Positions 19,084 through 28,434 of a stretch of DNA of 64,000 nt are shown in pieces. Below the pieces are notes generated by a model that searched no databases, was not told the origin of the DNA, and was given only the letters and a program-made list of their open reading frames with translations. The DNA comes from a bacterium (GTDB lineage: Bacteria; DRYD01). Made by a program: the position numbers and the translations under genes. Each line of letters starts with the position of its first letter. Positions within the stretch are counted from its first letter, which is position 1. Location of the stretch: the NCBI GenBank assembly GCA_039630415.1, contig JBCNVB010000025.1:75419-139418 (forward strand), written 5' to 3'.

Positions 19084-20154
19084 TTAGGTTGCTTTTTGTT
19101 TGTTATGGTAGATTAGGTAGTCAAGGATGAGTTTGTCAAGGTTACCATCTAGTACTTCCTCTACTTTGTATATTTCAGTATTTGTACGTTGATCTTTGAT
19201 AAGTTTATAGGGGTGTAGGATGTAGTTTCTTATTTGGTTGCCCCATGCTGCTTGTTGTTTGGTTTTGAAGCTATCCACTTTTTGAGATAGTTTTTGTTTT
19301 TCTAAATCATATATTTTACTTTTGAGTATTTTTAGGGCTGTTTCTTTATTTTGATGTTGGCTTCTTTCATTGGAGCAAGTTACTACTATTCCAGTTGGTA
19401 TGTGTATTATTCTTACTGCTGATTCATTTTTATTGACGTGTTGTCCACCTGCTCCGCCTGCTTTGAAAGTCTCTATTCTCAGATCTTCTGGTTTTATCTC
19501 TACATTTATTGTATCATCTATTTTGGGAATGACTTCTACCAGTGCAAAGGAGGTATGTCTTTTGTTTTGAGCATTGAAAGGAGAATTCCTTACCAGTCTG
19601 TGAACCCCTTTTTCAGACTTGAGATATCCATAAGCAGATTTAATTATTATTTCACATGATTTTATACCTGCTTCTTGTCCGTAGGTTATGTCTGTTATGG
19701 TATAAGGTAGTTTATTTTTTTCTGCCCATTGTATGTACATTCTAAGTAGCATTTGGGCCCAGTCTTGAGCATCTGTCCCTCCAGCACCCGCCGTTATCGT
19801 TAGTATCGCATCATAATCATCATATTCTTCACTAAGCAGTAGATCAATCGATAGTTTTTCAAACTCCTTCAAAATATCAGAATATATTTTGTTTATCCCT
19901 TCTATATCTTCCGAACCAAAAGCTTTGTATAGATCTTCAAACTCATCAACTTCCTTCAATAATTTCTTATACCTTTCAATATATGTCTCTATTTTCTTCT
20001 TCTCTTTTAGCTTGGTAAAGTCTATTTCTTGACTGGTTTGTATTTTCTGTTCTATATTTTTTAGTTTATCTGAATATTTTTCAATCAGCGAGCTATACTC
20101 TAATAAGCTATTTTTTATGTTCTTTATCTCTTTTAGATCTATAATTGTCTTCAT
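19084..20154 (-). CDS. prfB: Peptide chain release factor 2
   Basis: 356 aa. Carries the SPF tripeptide (VRNSPFNAQ) and GGQ motif (GGAGGQHVNKNESAVRI). It is a single uninterrupted ORF with no +1 frameshift site. Confidence 0.92.
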   Translation of the reverse strand: MKTIIDLKEIKNIKNSLLEYSSLIEKYSDKLKNIEQKIQTSQEIDFTKLKEKKKIETYIERYKKLLKEVDEFEDLYKAFGSEDIEGINKIYSDILKEFEKLSIDLLLSEEYDDYDAILTITAGAGGTDAQDWAQMLLRMYIQWAEKNKLPYTITDITYGQEAGIKSCEIIIKSAYGYLKSEKGVHRLVRNSPFNAQNKRHTSFALVEVIPKIDDTINVEIKPEDLRIETFKAGGAGGQHVNKNESAVRIIHIPTGIVVTCSNERSQHQNKETALKILKSKIYDLEKQKLSQKVDSFKTKQQAAWGNQIRNYILHPYKLIKDQRTNTEIYKVEEVLDGNLDKLILDYLIYHNKQKAT

Positions 20155-20175
20155 TATCCCGGCAGCTAGCTTTGC

Positions 20176-20691
20176 CTAAAGTATTCCTTTGTTAAAGAAG
20201 GTATGTATTTGGTTGTTGTATAGATCTATCTTTATTTTATACGCTTTAGTAAGTTTATCCTTTTTTTTGGTGGATATGATATGTACATCATATCCTTGAA
20301 TAATTGCTCTTTTCAGATCAATCATAGCTTCCCTTTTTATTTTTATTTCAAAGTCAGGAGTATACAAATTCAAGTTACCTTCCGGATAGATAATCAAATC
20401 TGCCAAATCTACGTACCCTTGCTCTATATAAGTAAATCCATTTTCAAAGACTAGCTTCATAGAATTGAAAGTTATTTTGCGCTTTTCGTAAATTCCCTCT
20501 CTTACCGAAAAATATACATGCTTGTTAATTTGATAGTACAAGTTCTTGAATCTAAATTGATTTACCTTGTTTTGATCATTTTTGCAACCGCTCAAGAATA
20601 TACCAAGTGTGACAAATAACAAAACAAGTACAAATAAGTTATACTCTAATATTTTTCTGAGGATTCTTTTAAACTTCAACAACTTGATCAT
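20176..20691 (-). CDS. Hypothetical lipoprotein
   Basis: 171 aa. Signal plus lipobox (FLSGCKND). Overlaps the mfd stop by 23 nt. Confidence 0.45.
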   Translation of the reverse strand: MIKLLKFKRILRKILEYNLFVLVLLFVTLGIFLSGCKNDQNKVNQFRFKNLYYQINKHVYFSVREGIYEKRKITFNSMKLVFENGFTYIEQGYVDLADLIIYPEGNLNLYTPDFEIKIKREAMIDLKRAIIQGYDVHIISTKKKDKLTKAYKIKIDLYNNQIHTFFNKGIL

Positions 20692-23332
20692 TAATAATTT
20701 TGACCTTAATTTTACCCTTTCTACCTTTATTTTTGAGCTTGTATTCTATCAAGAGCAAAAGATTTTTTGCTGGCTTAGGTAGATTTTTGCCATAAACGTC
20801 ATATATGTATGATTTTATGATGTTAAATTCTTGTATATCTTTAACAGTTAGTAATTTTCTGTAGAGTTTGTTTTTGATGGGGCTATCTGGTAAGTATGTA
20901 GGTAAGTCACACTCTATATCCGGAAAATCTTCTTCATTATTTAGATAACTGTTTACCATTTTGAGAAATTGTATTAATCCTACCTGTTGTATATGCCCCG
21001 ATTGTTTTCTAGATAGAATTCCTCCAGGACCTCTTATATCCAGATCTTTTTGAATGATTTCTACGTTGGATAAGTCTGGCTTTTCGAATATAGATATTCT
21101 TTCGAAAGTATTGGTATTTGTGTATTTATGATCCATAAGAATGTAACAATAGGGATCTTTACTACCTCTACCAACTCTACCTCTTATCTGATAAATCTGA
21201 GAAATACCCAACTTTTGGGGATTATCTACTATAGCTACGTCAAATTCTGGAGTATCTATACCTGACTGGATTATAGTCGTGCAAAGAATTAATTCTAATT
21301 TACCCTTAATGAAGTCTATGAAAGCTTTCTGTATTTGCTTTGAAGAAAGTTTGGCATGTATTATTCCTGTTTTAGCATACTGACTAAGTTCATGCCAGAT
21401 TTCATATAGTTCCTCAATATCATTATTTACGTACATTACCTTAAGACCCAAATTAAGTGATTTTTCAAGTATTTTCTTTAGGATTAGTAACTTTTGGTTG
21501 TAATTTGTAAAAGTTAGGATTAGAGTTTTGGGTTTTTTATGAGTAGGGGGTGGAGTATTTATTGTTGATATATCAATTAGACCAGTTTTTACCATAAAGT
21601 ATGTTCTAGGTATAGGTGTTGCCGAAGAATACAAAAAGTGAGCTTTAGAAAAAACTTCTTTTAAAGTTTCTTTAAATACTACACCCATTAAATGTTCTTC
21701 ATCTATTACAACTAAAGCAACTCTTTGAGCCCAATCTCTATCTAATTTAGTAACGTCAAACGGAGTTGATATTACAAAATTAGCTTCTTCTATGTTACTT
21801 GATCCACTAATAGAGGTACGAAGAGCTATTTTAATGTTTGGTAGTCTCTTTTGCATGGACATAAAGTGTTGATAAGCTAAAATTGTAGTTGGAACAAAAA
21901 GGATAGCATTGTATCCATTGTAAACAGCTCTACCTATCGCCCTAATTAAAACCTCGGTTTTACCATATCCTGTATCCGCCAAAATTAATCTATTTGTAGG
22001 ATAACTGTTACTTAAATCGTCTAAAACTTCATTTATCACTCTTTGCTGATCCTCAGTTAGTATGTATTCAAAATTTGATTCTAGTACACTATCATATTCT
22101 GTTGGTAAAAGTTTATAACAACTGGTTGAGTATCTTTTAGCATTTATTCTTACTATCATATCTCCAACGTCTTTTACGTCTTGATAGATTTTCTCTATCT
22201 TTTTTTGCCAAGATTTGAAGGATGGAACTGAAAGAATCTTCTCTTTTATCCTTTGAGTTATCTTATCTGACGAAATATACTTATGAATGTTAACACTTTC
22301 TATACTGAAGTACATTTTGCGATTATTCTTGAATTGTACACATATAAACTCTTTTTCATCAAAGTGAGCGATTCTAATTTTTTGAGTTCCCAAGTAAATT
22401 CCTATTCCATAACCTTCTACTACTACTAAATCCCCTTCTCTGAAATCTTTTATCGCATCGAAAACATCTATGTGTATAACATCAACTCTTTCACTTCTTA
22501 AATTCCTTTCGGTTATGTATACTTTTTTATCTATTAAATCAACATATCCAAAAGGTATGGGTGAAGATGAGATTTCGTACTCTAAAAGTGAAAAGGTTTT
22601 TCGCTTCTTTCTTGAATAATCAAGTATCAATTTCAGATATTTTTGATATGTTTCCTGCTTTGGAAAAACAAATTTGTAGCCTTCCTCTATTAGTTTTATG
22701 GTTTCATAGATGTCGGCTATTTTCTTTACATGATTGGGTATACTGATTTGTTTTATATCCCACGTAAGATCAACTGTAAAGTCAAGCGATTTTAGTTTAC
22801 GATCAAGCACATTCTTTACTATTTCTTCCGGTTCATAAGTAAGAAATAGAATCTTTAAGTTTTGCAAAGCTATGGTTTGATTTTCATTACAGGCAAATAT
22901 TTTAATTGAATCCATTTTTCTTATAGTCAAGAAGCTATTAGGATCAAATATCCTGATTGATTCAACTATGTCATCTTCCAGCTCTATTCTTATTGCATTG
23001 TTTGAGAATATGTCTATGATATTACCTCTGATTTGATATCGGTTCTCTAACAAATCACCTTTTGAACTTTGATATCCCAGATTTTCCAGAATCTTAATGA
23101 GCTTACTAAGAGATATTTGCTGATCTTTCCTTATCAGAAAATAATTAACGTTAACCAGTTGTTTTATAAGGTTTGTCAAAAAAAAGTAATTGGTTATTCT
23201 TGTTTGTAGGGATTGATTTAATTCCTCTAATTCTTCTTCGGTAAAATCCTCATCTATTATCAAAACGGAGTAGTCATAATCTGAGTTATAATTCATTTGG
23301 AAATAGCTATTTTCCAGAAATACCTTTAACAA
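20669..23332 (-). CDS. mfd: Transcription-repair coupling factor (short Mfd)
   Basis: 887 aa. RNAP-interaction (CarD/TRCF) motif is FREGDLVVVEGYGIGIYLG. SF2 translocase motifs are ADTGYGKTEV, DEEH and QIRGRVGRG. Confidence 0.85.
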   Translation of the reverse strand: MLKVFLENSYFQMNYNSDYDYSVLIIDEDFTEEELEELNQSLQTRITNYFFLTNLIKQLVNVNYFLIRKDQQISLSKLIKILENLGYQSSKGDLLENRYQIRGNIIDIFSNNAIRIELEDDIVESIRIFDPNSFLTIRKMDSIKIFACNENQTIALQNLKILFLTYEPEEIVKNVLDRKLKSLDFTVDLTWDIKQISIPNHVKKIADIYETIKLIEEGYKFVFPKQETYQKYLKLILDYSRKKRKTFSLLEYEISSSPIPFGYVDLIDKKVYITERNLRSERVDVIHIDVFDAIKDFREGDLVVVEGYGIGIYLGTQKIRIAHFDEKEFICVQFKNNRKMYFSIESVNIHKYISSDKITQRIKEKILSVPSFKSWQKKIEKIYQDVKDVGDMIVRINAKRYSTSCYKLLPTEYDSVLESNFEYILTEDQQRVINEVLDDLSNSYPTNRLILADTGYGKTEVLIRAIGRAVYNGYNAILFVPTTILAYQHFMSMQKRLPNIKIALRTSISGSSNIEEANFVISTPFDVTKLDRDWAQRVALVVIDEEHLMGVVFKETLKEVFSKAHFLYSSATPIPRTYFMVKTGLIDISTINTPPPTHKKPKTLILTFTNYNQKLLILKKILEKSLNLGLKVMYVNNDIEELYEIWHELSQYAKTGIIHAKLSSKQIQKAFIDFIKGKLELILCTTIIQSGIDTPEFDVAIVDNPQKLGISQIYQIRGRVGRGSKDPYCYILMDHKYTNTNTFERISIFEKPDLSNVEIIQKDLDIRGPGGILSRKQSGHIQQVGLIQFLKMVNSYLNNEEDFPDIECDLPTYLPDSPIKNKLYRKLLTVKDIQEFNIIKSYIYDVYGKNLPKPAKNLLLLIEYKLKNKGRKGKIKVKIINDQVVEV

Positions 23333-24116
23333 GGTACTCTTCTAGAAAAGAAACTATCAGAATAAGTGGTAGGATAGATATAAATACACCGGCCATTATC
23401 ATACCCCAAGGAATCTCATAAATATCCGAACCACTTATAAGCGTTATACCAACCGTAAGAGTTCTTTTTATACTATCATTTGTTAAAGTTAAAGCAAATA
23501 TAAATTCATTCCAAAAACCTATAAACTGAAGAATCCATACACTAATAAAAGCTTGTCTTATCATGGGTAAAACAATTAGAAACATAATCTGAAAATCATT
23601 CATACCCTCAACTATACCGGCTTCTTCATAATCTCTACTTAAATTGCTAATAAACCTACTAAGAAGTATAAATGAAAACACAAACCCTAGTGAAGTATAA
23701 ACTACAATCAATCCAACCAGTGTATTAAATAACCCAACTTTGACTATTATTTCAAATATTGGGACTATAATGAGTACGCCCAAAACTAAGACGGTATTAA
23801 GTAAAAGTATCAAATTTTCAAGGAAACCTGAGAGAGGTATTTTTTTCCTCACAATTGAATAGGCTAAAATAAATCCCAGAAAGGAAGTAATCGTTGCTGA
23901 AATACCAGAAACAACTATACTGTTGTAAATATAGTGAAGAATATTAGGATCCTTGAGTATGTAAAGATAATTGTTTATTGTCCATTCACTAAACTTGCCT
24001 TGAGATATCATCTTGTTCGGAAGCAAAGAGTATAAAAATGTAACTACTATGGGAAATAGACTATATGCTATGGCCAACAAGATCAAAAAAGTATTAATTA
24101 TTCTTTCAAGTCTCAT
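23307..24116 (-). CDS. ABC transporter permease (MalG/UgpE-like)
   Basis: 269 aa with 6 TM segments. EAA loop is YEEAGIVEGMNDFQIMFLIVLPMIRQ. Its start abuts the gyrA-like stop (24117) and its end overlaps the mfd start. Confidence 0.85.
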   Translation of the reverse strand: MRLERIINTFLILLAIAYSLFPIVVTFLYSLLPNKMISQGKFSEWTINNYLYILKDPNILHYIYNSIVVSGISATITSFLGFILAYSIVRKKIPLSGFLENLILLLNTVLVLGVLIIVPIFEIIVKVGLFNTLVGLIVVYTSLGFVFSFILLSRFISNLSRDYEEAGIVEGMNDFQIMFLIVLPMIRQAFISVWILQFIGFWNEFIFALTLTNDSIKRTLTVGITLISGSDIYEIPWGMIMAGVFISILPLILIVSFLEEYLVKGISGK

Positions 24117-26468
24117 TTACAGTTCAATATCAGTTTCCCCTAGATAGTTAATAAACGTATAGTCTGGTTGTGCTTCTAGAGATCTAATTAGCAAGAAGTC
24201 ATTATCTTTAATTACCAGGTTTAGCTTAGATTTATCCTGACTGAATACTCCTATACTTCTAGTGAACCTCAGCTTTTCATTTTTAGATATTAATCTCATA
24301 TTTTCAGTTAAATTTTTACCCCGATTTATTTGAGGTATATCGGAGTTGGAAACAATTTTGTTATTATTTGTTGTAAGAATAAGTAATTGAGATTGATATA
24401 AATCAGGACTAGAAAAGGTAATACAGATGTTATCGTTTTGTTTTAAAGAAGCTAACTTTACACCTTTTGCAGGTTTTGATAATACAGGTATTTGTGAAGT
24501 ATTGGTTCTAAAAGCATACCCCATCTCAGTTAATGTGGTTATGGTTAAATCTTCTGAAAGGGGTATGATTTCAATAACTTCATCCCCTTCTTCTAATTTG
24601 ATGTAACTGCTTGTTCTACTGATCTCCAAAATCTCCTTAACACTTACTTTCTTTACCATGCCCTTTTGAGTTATAATCAATACATAGCTAGCTTTAGATA
24701 ATTTTTTGGCACTTATCAGTTTTATAGCTTTAGTATTTTCCTCTGACTTGAAAACTTTAGGTAAAAAGATTGAGGTATCTATTAACTTATTCAAGTCTAA
24801 AAGACTGTACTTACCGTTAGATAAGAATACGATTACTTTATTTTTTGAGCTTGATCTGTATATTGAAGTTACATAATTGTAGTTGCTTACGTTAGCAAAT
24901 ATTTTATCTTTTTTGGTATTGGCTTTGTAAGAGTATAAATAGCCGTTAGAAAAACCTACAAGTATTAATTCTTCTTCTTGTTGGGATTTTTCTATCTTTA
25001 TTTCTTTGAAAGTATCTTTTTCTGCTATGACTGTTTTTCTTTGTTTACCATATTTTTGTTTTATTTCGTTTAGCTCCTCTTTTACCACTTGGATTAACTT
25101 AGATTGATTGTCAAGTATTTCGGATAGCTCTTTTATTTTTTGCATTGTTTGGTTGTAGTCTTGAAGCAATTTATCCACTTCCAGTTTAGTTAGACGATGG
25201 AGTTGTAGGTTAAGAATGTATTCTGCTTGTTTGTGATTTACATGTAATTCACTTACTAAATTTAGCACAGCTTTTTTGTAGTCTTCACTATTTCTTACTA
25301 TTTTCACAAGTTTATCTATGTTTTTTATGGCTTTAATTAAACCCTTGGTCAAAAATGCCTTGTTGGATAACTTTTCGAGTATTGTTTTTGTTCGTCTTAT
25401 TACTACTTCTTTTCTATGCTCTACGTACTTTTTTAGAAGTTCCAAAATCGAGTATTGCTTGGGTATATGACCATCTACAGCTATGAATGCACAGTAAAAA
25501 GATGTTCTGTATGAAGTGAAGTTCTTTAGATAATTAACTATTTGCTCTTCGTTGTAAGGTGTTTTGAGTTCCAAAAGTATTCTTATATCGGTGTTTTTAC
25601 TTTGGTCTATTACATCAACTACATCATTTAATTTTTTATCTTTTATTGCTTCGGCTATTTCTTTTATGAGCTTTGATTTATTTACAGAATATGGAATTTC
25701 GTATATTACCAGATAATCTTTTTTTTGGATATTTTCGATACGGTATTTCCCTTCTACTTTGATTGTACCCTTGCCTGTAACATAAACTGATTTTATTATT
25801 TTAGAAGTATAAACTATTCCACCAGTTGGGAAATCAGGACCTTTTATAATATCCAAAATTTGCTTAATTGGTATGTTTGGATTTTCAAGTATAGCGATAC
25901 ATGCATCGATTACCTCGTTTAAATTGTGAGGTGGAATATTGGTTACCATTCCCACGGCTATTCCGGTTGACCCATTCACAAGTAGATTTGGAAAAGCAGA
26001 AGGTAGAACAATTGGCTCGGTTGTTGTATCATCAAAATTAGATCTAAAGTCTACTGTATTTAGCTCTATATCTTCTAGCATTAATTCTCCTATTTTTGTT
26101 AGTTTGGCTTCGGTGTATCTATAAGCTGCTGGCGGATCTCCATCTATTGACCCAAAATTACCTTGACCGTCTATTAAAGGATAGTTTAAAACAAAATCTT
26201 GAGCCATTCTTACCAAAGCTTCATATACCGGATTATCTCCATGAGGATGGTATTTGCCCAACACTTCTCCAACTATACTTGCACACTTTTTGTAGTTAGA
26301 ATTGGAGAAAAGTCCTAATTTATACATGGAGTACATTATCCTTCTTTGTACTGGTTTTAGACCATCTCTTACATCAGGTAGTGCTCTCGATAAAAGTACG
26401 CTTAGAGAGTAATCTATATAGCTATCTTTCAGCTCTTCAACAAAGTTGGCCTCTATTAGTTTTGTCAT
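24117..26468 (-). CDS. Type IIA topoisomerase subunit A (GyrA/ParC family)
   Basis: 783 aa. Contains [15 protein letters not shown] and the catalytic Tyr context [11 protein letters not shown] could not see a GyrA-box (QRRGGKG-like) at the start of the C-terminal domain, so gyrase versus topo IV is left open. Confidence 0.85.
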   Translation of the reverse strand: MTKLIEANFVEELKDSYIDYSLSVLLSRALPDVRDGLKPVQRRIMYSMYKLGLFSNSNYKKCASIVGEVLGKYHPHGDNPVYEALVRMAQDFVLNYPLIDGQGNFGSIDGDPPAAYRYTEAKLTKIGELMLEDIELNTVDFRSNFDDTTTEPIVLPSAFPNLLVNGSTGIAVGMVTNIPPHNLNEVIDACIAILENPNIPIKQILDIIKGPDFPTGGIVYTSKIIKSVYVTGKGTIKVEGKYRIENIQKKDYLVIYEIPYSVNKSKLIKEIAEAIKDKKLNDVVDVIDQSKNTDIRILLELKTPYNEEQIVNYLKNFTSYRTSFYCAFIAVDGHIPKQYSILELLKKYVEHRKEVVIRRTKTILEKLSNKAFLTKGLIKAIKNIDKLVKIVRNSEDYKKAVLNLVSELHVNHKQAEYILNLQLHRLTKLEVDKLLQDYNQTMQKIKELSEILDNQSKLIQVVKEELNEIKQKYGKQRKTVIAEKDTFKEIKIEKSQQEEELILVGFSNGYLYSYKANTKKDKIFANVSNYNYVTSIYRSSSKNKVIVFLSNGKYSLLDLNKLIDTSIFLPKVFKSEENTKAIKLISAKKLSKASYVLIITQKGMVKKVSVKEILEISRTSSYIKLEEGDEVIEIIPLSEDLTITTLTEMGYAFRTNTSQIPVLSKPAKGVKLASLKQNDNICITFSSPDLYQSQLLILTTNNNKIVSNSDIPQINRGKNLTENMRLISKNEKLRFTRSIGVFSQDKSKLNLVIKDNDFLLIRSLEAQPDYTFINYLGETDIEL

Positions 26469-26527
26469 ACTACGTTTTTGTATAGTTTATTTGTACCTCA
26501 AGCTCTCCTGCTTTAAGCCTTCCTGCT

Positions 26528-27982
26528 TTAAGCCTTCCAAATAGATAAGTCGTATTTTTGAGTCTGATTTCTTGCTGGTGTTTTCAACCAAACTTGATTT
26601 TTCGTCATATTCCCAAACTTATAGTAAAGTGCACTTATTATGTTTTCATCCAAAACATTTTGATAAGTTTCTTTCCAATTTTGAAAATACTGTTGGATAA
26701 AATTGGTATGTACTTGACCTTCTTGGAATTCTTTAGATGAGATGATGGATAGGAGTAAGTTTTTATTGGTTTTGATGGGTAAAATGATAAGATTTTTCAG
26801 GGCATAGATCATATTTTGAATTGCTTCATGTCTAGTATTCCCTTTGGTGATAACTTTGCATATTAACGAGTCGTAGTAGGGTGATATTTCTGTTCCTGGT
26901 TCAATGAAAGTATCTATTCTGGCGTTTGGGGGAAACTCTACATACTTGATTTTGCCTGTTACTGGCATGAAATTATTTTCAGGATCTTCTGCCGTTATTC
27001 TGCACTCTATTGAATGACCATTGAAATTAACTTTTTCTGGAACTTTATGCCCCATTGCTATTAGGTATTGAAGTTCTACTAGATCTAGACCTGTAATCAT
27101 TTCAGTAACTGGATGTTCTACTTGAAGACGAGTATTTACCTCAAGGAAGTAGAATTTACCATCTTTGTAGATAAACTCAACGGTTCCTGCATTATAGTAG
27201 TTAACTTTTTTAGCGATTTTGATTGCTGCCTGAGCTATTTGATTTTGCATTTGTTCGTCTAATGCTGGGGCTTCTTCTATAAGTTTTTGATGCTTTCTCT
27301 GTATTGAGCATTCTCTAAGATTTAGATGAATTACATTTCCATAATGATCTCCGAAAATTTGGACTTCTATATGTCTAGGGTTTTCAAAGTATTTTTCGAT
27401 ATAGACTGAATCATCTTTAAAAGCTGCTAATGCTTCTCTTTTTGCTGCCTGAATTGAATCTATTAAATCTTTGGGGTTATAAACTACTCTAATTCCTTTA
27501 CCTCCCCCACCTTTGGCGGCTTTGATCATTATGGGATAACCAAGTTCTTGCGCATATTTATGAATTTCTTCTGGATTGTTTGTGGTTATATCCATTCCTG
27601 GTGGGATAGGAACTTGCACTTCTTGAGCTATTTTTCTTGCTAGTACTTTGTCTCCCAGAATTTCGATAGATTCTGGTGAAGGACCTATAAAGATAATGTT
27701 GTTATCTTTGCAGGCTTTTGCAAAAAGATAGTTTTCTGACAAAAATCCATATCCAGGATGTATCGCATCTGCTTTGGCTTTCTTAGCTGTTTCTACTATT
27801 TTGTCAATGTCAAGATAGCAGAGGGTGTCATGTAGGTTATAGCTTTCATGGGCTATGTGAGCATGTGGGTTATTTTTATCAACTTCCGAGTAAATTGAAA
27901 TCGTGTATACACCTAACTTTTTTAGAGTTCTAATTATTCTAACCGCTATTTCTCCTCTGTTAGCTATCAGAACTCTTTTCAT
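26528..27982 (-). CDS. accC: Biotin carboxylase (acetyl-CoA carboxylase subunit or related biotin-dependent carboxylase)
   Basis: 484 aa. N-terminus is MKRVLIANRGEIAVRIIRT. ATP-grasp motifs include GYPIMIKAAKGGGGKGIR, EVNTRLQVEHPVTE and IECRITAEDP. Confidence 0.9.
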   Translation of the reverse strand: MKRVLIANRGEIAVRIIRTLKKLGVYTISIYSEVDKNNPHAHIAHESYNLHDTLCYLDIDKIVETAKKAKADAIHPGYGFLSENYLFAKACKDNNIIFIGPSPESIEILGDKVLARKIAQEVQVPIPPGMDITTNNPEEIHKYAQELGYPIMIKAAKGGGGKGIRVVYNPKDLIDSIQAAKREALAAFKDDSVYIEKYFENPRHIEVQIFGDHYGNVIHLNLRECSIQRKHQKLIEEAPALDEQMQNQIAQAAIKIAKKVNYYNAGTVEFIYKDGKFYFLEVNTRLQVEHPVTEMITGLDLVELQYLIAMGHKVPEKVNFNGHSIECRITAEDPENNFMPVTGKIKYVEFPPNARIDTFIEPGTEISPYYDSLICKVITKGNTRHEAIQNMIYALKNLIILPIKTNKNLLLSIISSKEFQEGQVHTNFIQQYFQNWKETYQNVLDENIISALYYKFGNMTKNQVWLKTPARNQTQKYDLSIWKA

Positions 27983-28103
27983 AAGATTAACATGGATAGA
28001 AAAGCATTTGTTTATAATATATTCTAGTTTGGTTTAAGTTGATCCTTCTGGTTTATAGGAAGGGTGGGACGGGTTGAGAGTAGAATATAGAGGAAGGGAA
28101 TTA

Positions 28104-28191
28104 GGAGGGATGGCCGAGTGGTCGAAGGCGGCGGTCTTGAAAACCGCAGTGGGGTCAATCCCCACCGGGGGTTCGAATCCCTCTCCCTCCG
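28104..28191 (+). tRNA. tRNA-Ser (anticodon UGA), class II with long variable arm
   Basis: Manual cloverleaf. Acceptor stem GGAGGGA/TCCCTCC. Anticodon stem GCGGT/ACCGC with loop CTTGAAA, giving anticodon TGA. Variable arm GTGGGG-TCAAT-CCCCAC. T arm GGGGG-TTCGAAT-CCCTC. Discriminator G at 28191. No encoded CCA. Stems are strongly GC-rich. Confidence 0.93.
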
Positions 28192-28434
28192 TCCCTACCC
28201 CTTCCCCCTCTCCATCATACCTCTTACCGTCTCCATTATTAACTCAAAAAAAAACAAACTAATTATCAAAACAAACAGCAAAATCTTACCTAGATACACG
28301 CAAACCATACGAAAAGCAGTACGTAAAATACTCGGCAAAAACCTAAAAATCCATATAGAGGAAGAATAAATTTTGCCATCCAAAATAAAAAGTGGAAAAA
28401 TAAAAAAAGCCAACCAAAGTAAGGAGGCTGTCAA

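Noticed and set aside
19084-20154. Programmed +1 frameshift typical of many bacterial prfB genes.
   Set aside because: The RF2 ORF is continuous from an ATG through the SPF and GGQ motifs at normal length (356 aa). No short upstream ORF ending in a CUU-UGA-type shift site is needed.
28074-28434. ORFs 28074-28262(+), 28118-28369(+) and 28195-28434(-) around 28.1-28.4 kb.
   Set aside because: The plus-strand ORFs read through the tRNA-Ser gene and its C-rich flank. The minus-strand ORF has no SD or motif. The region is better explained as the tRNA plus the pilB promoter and leader.
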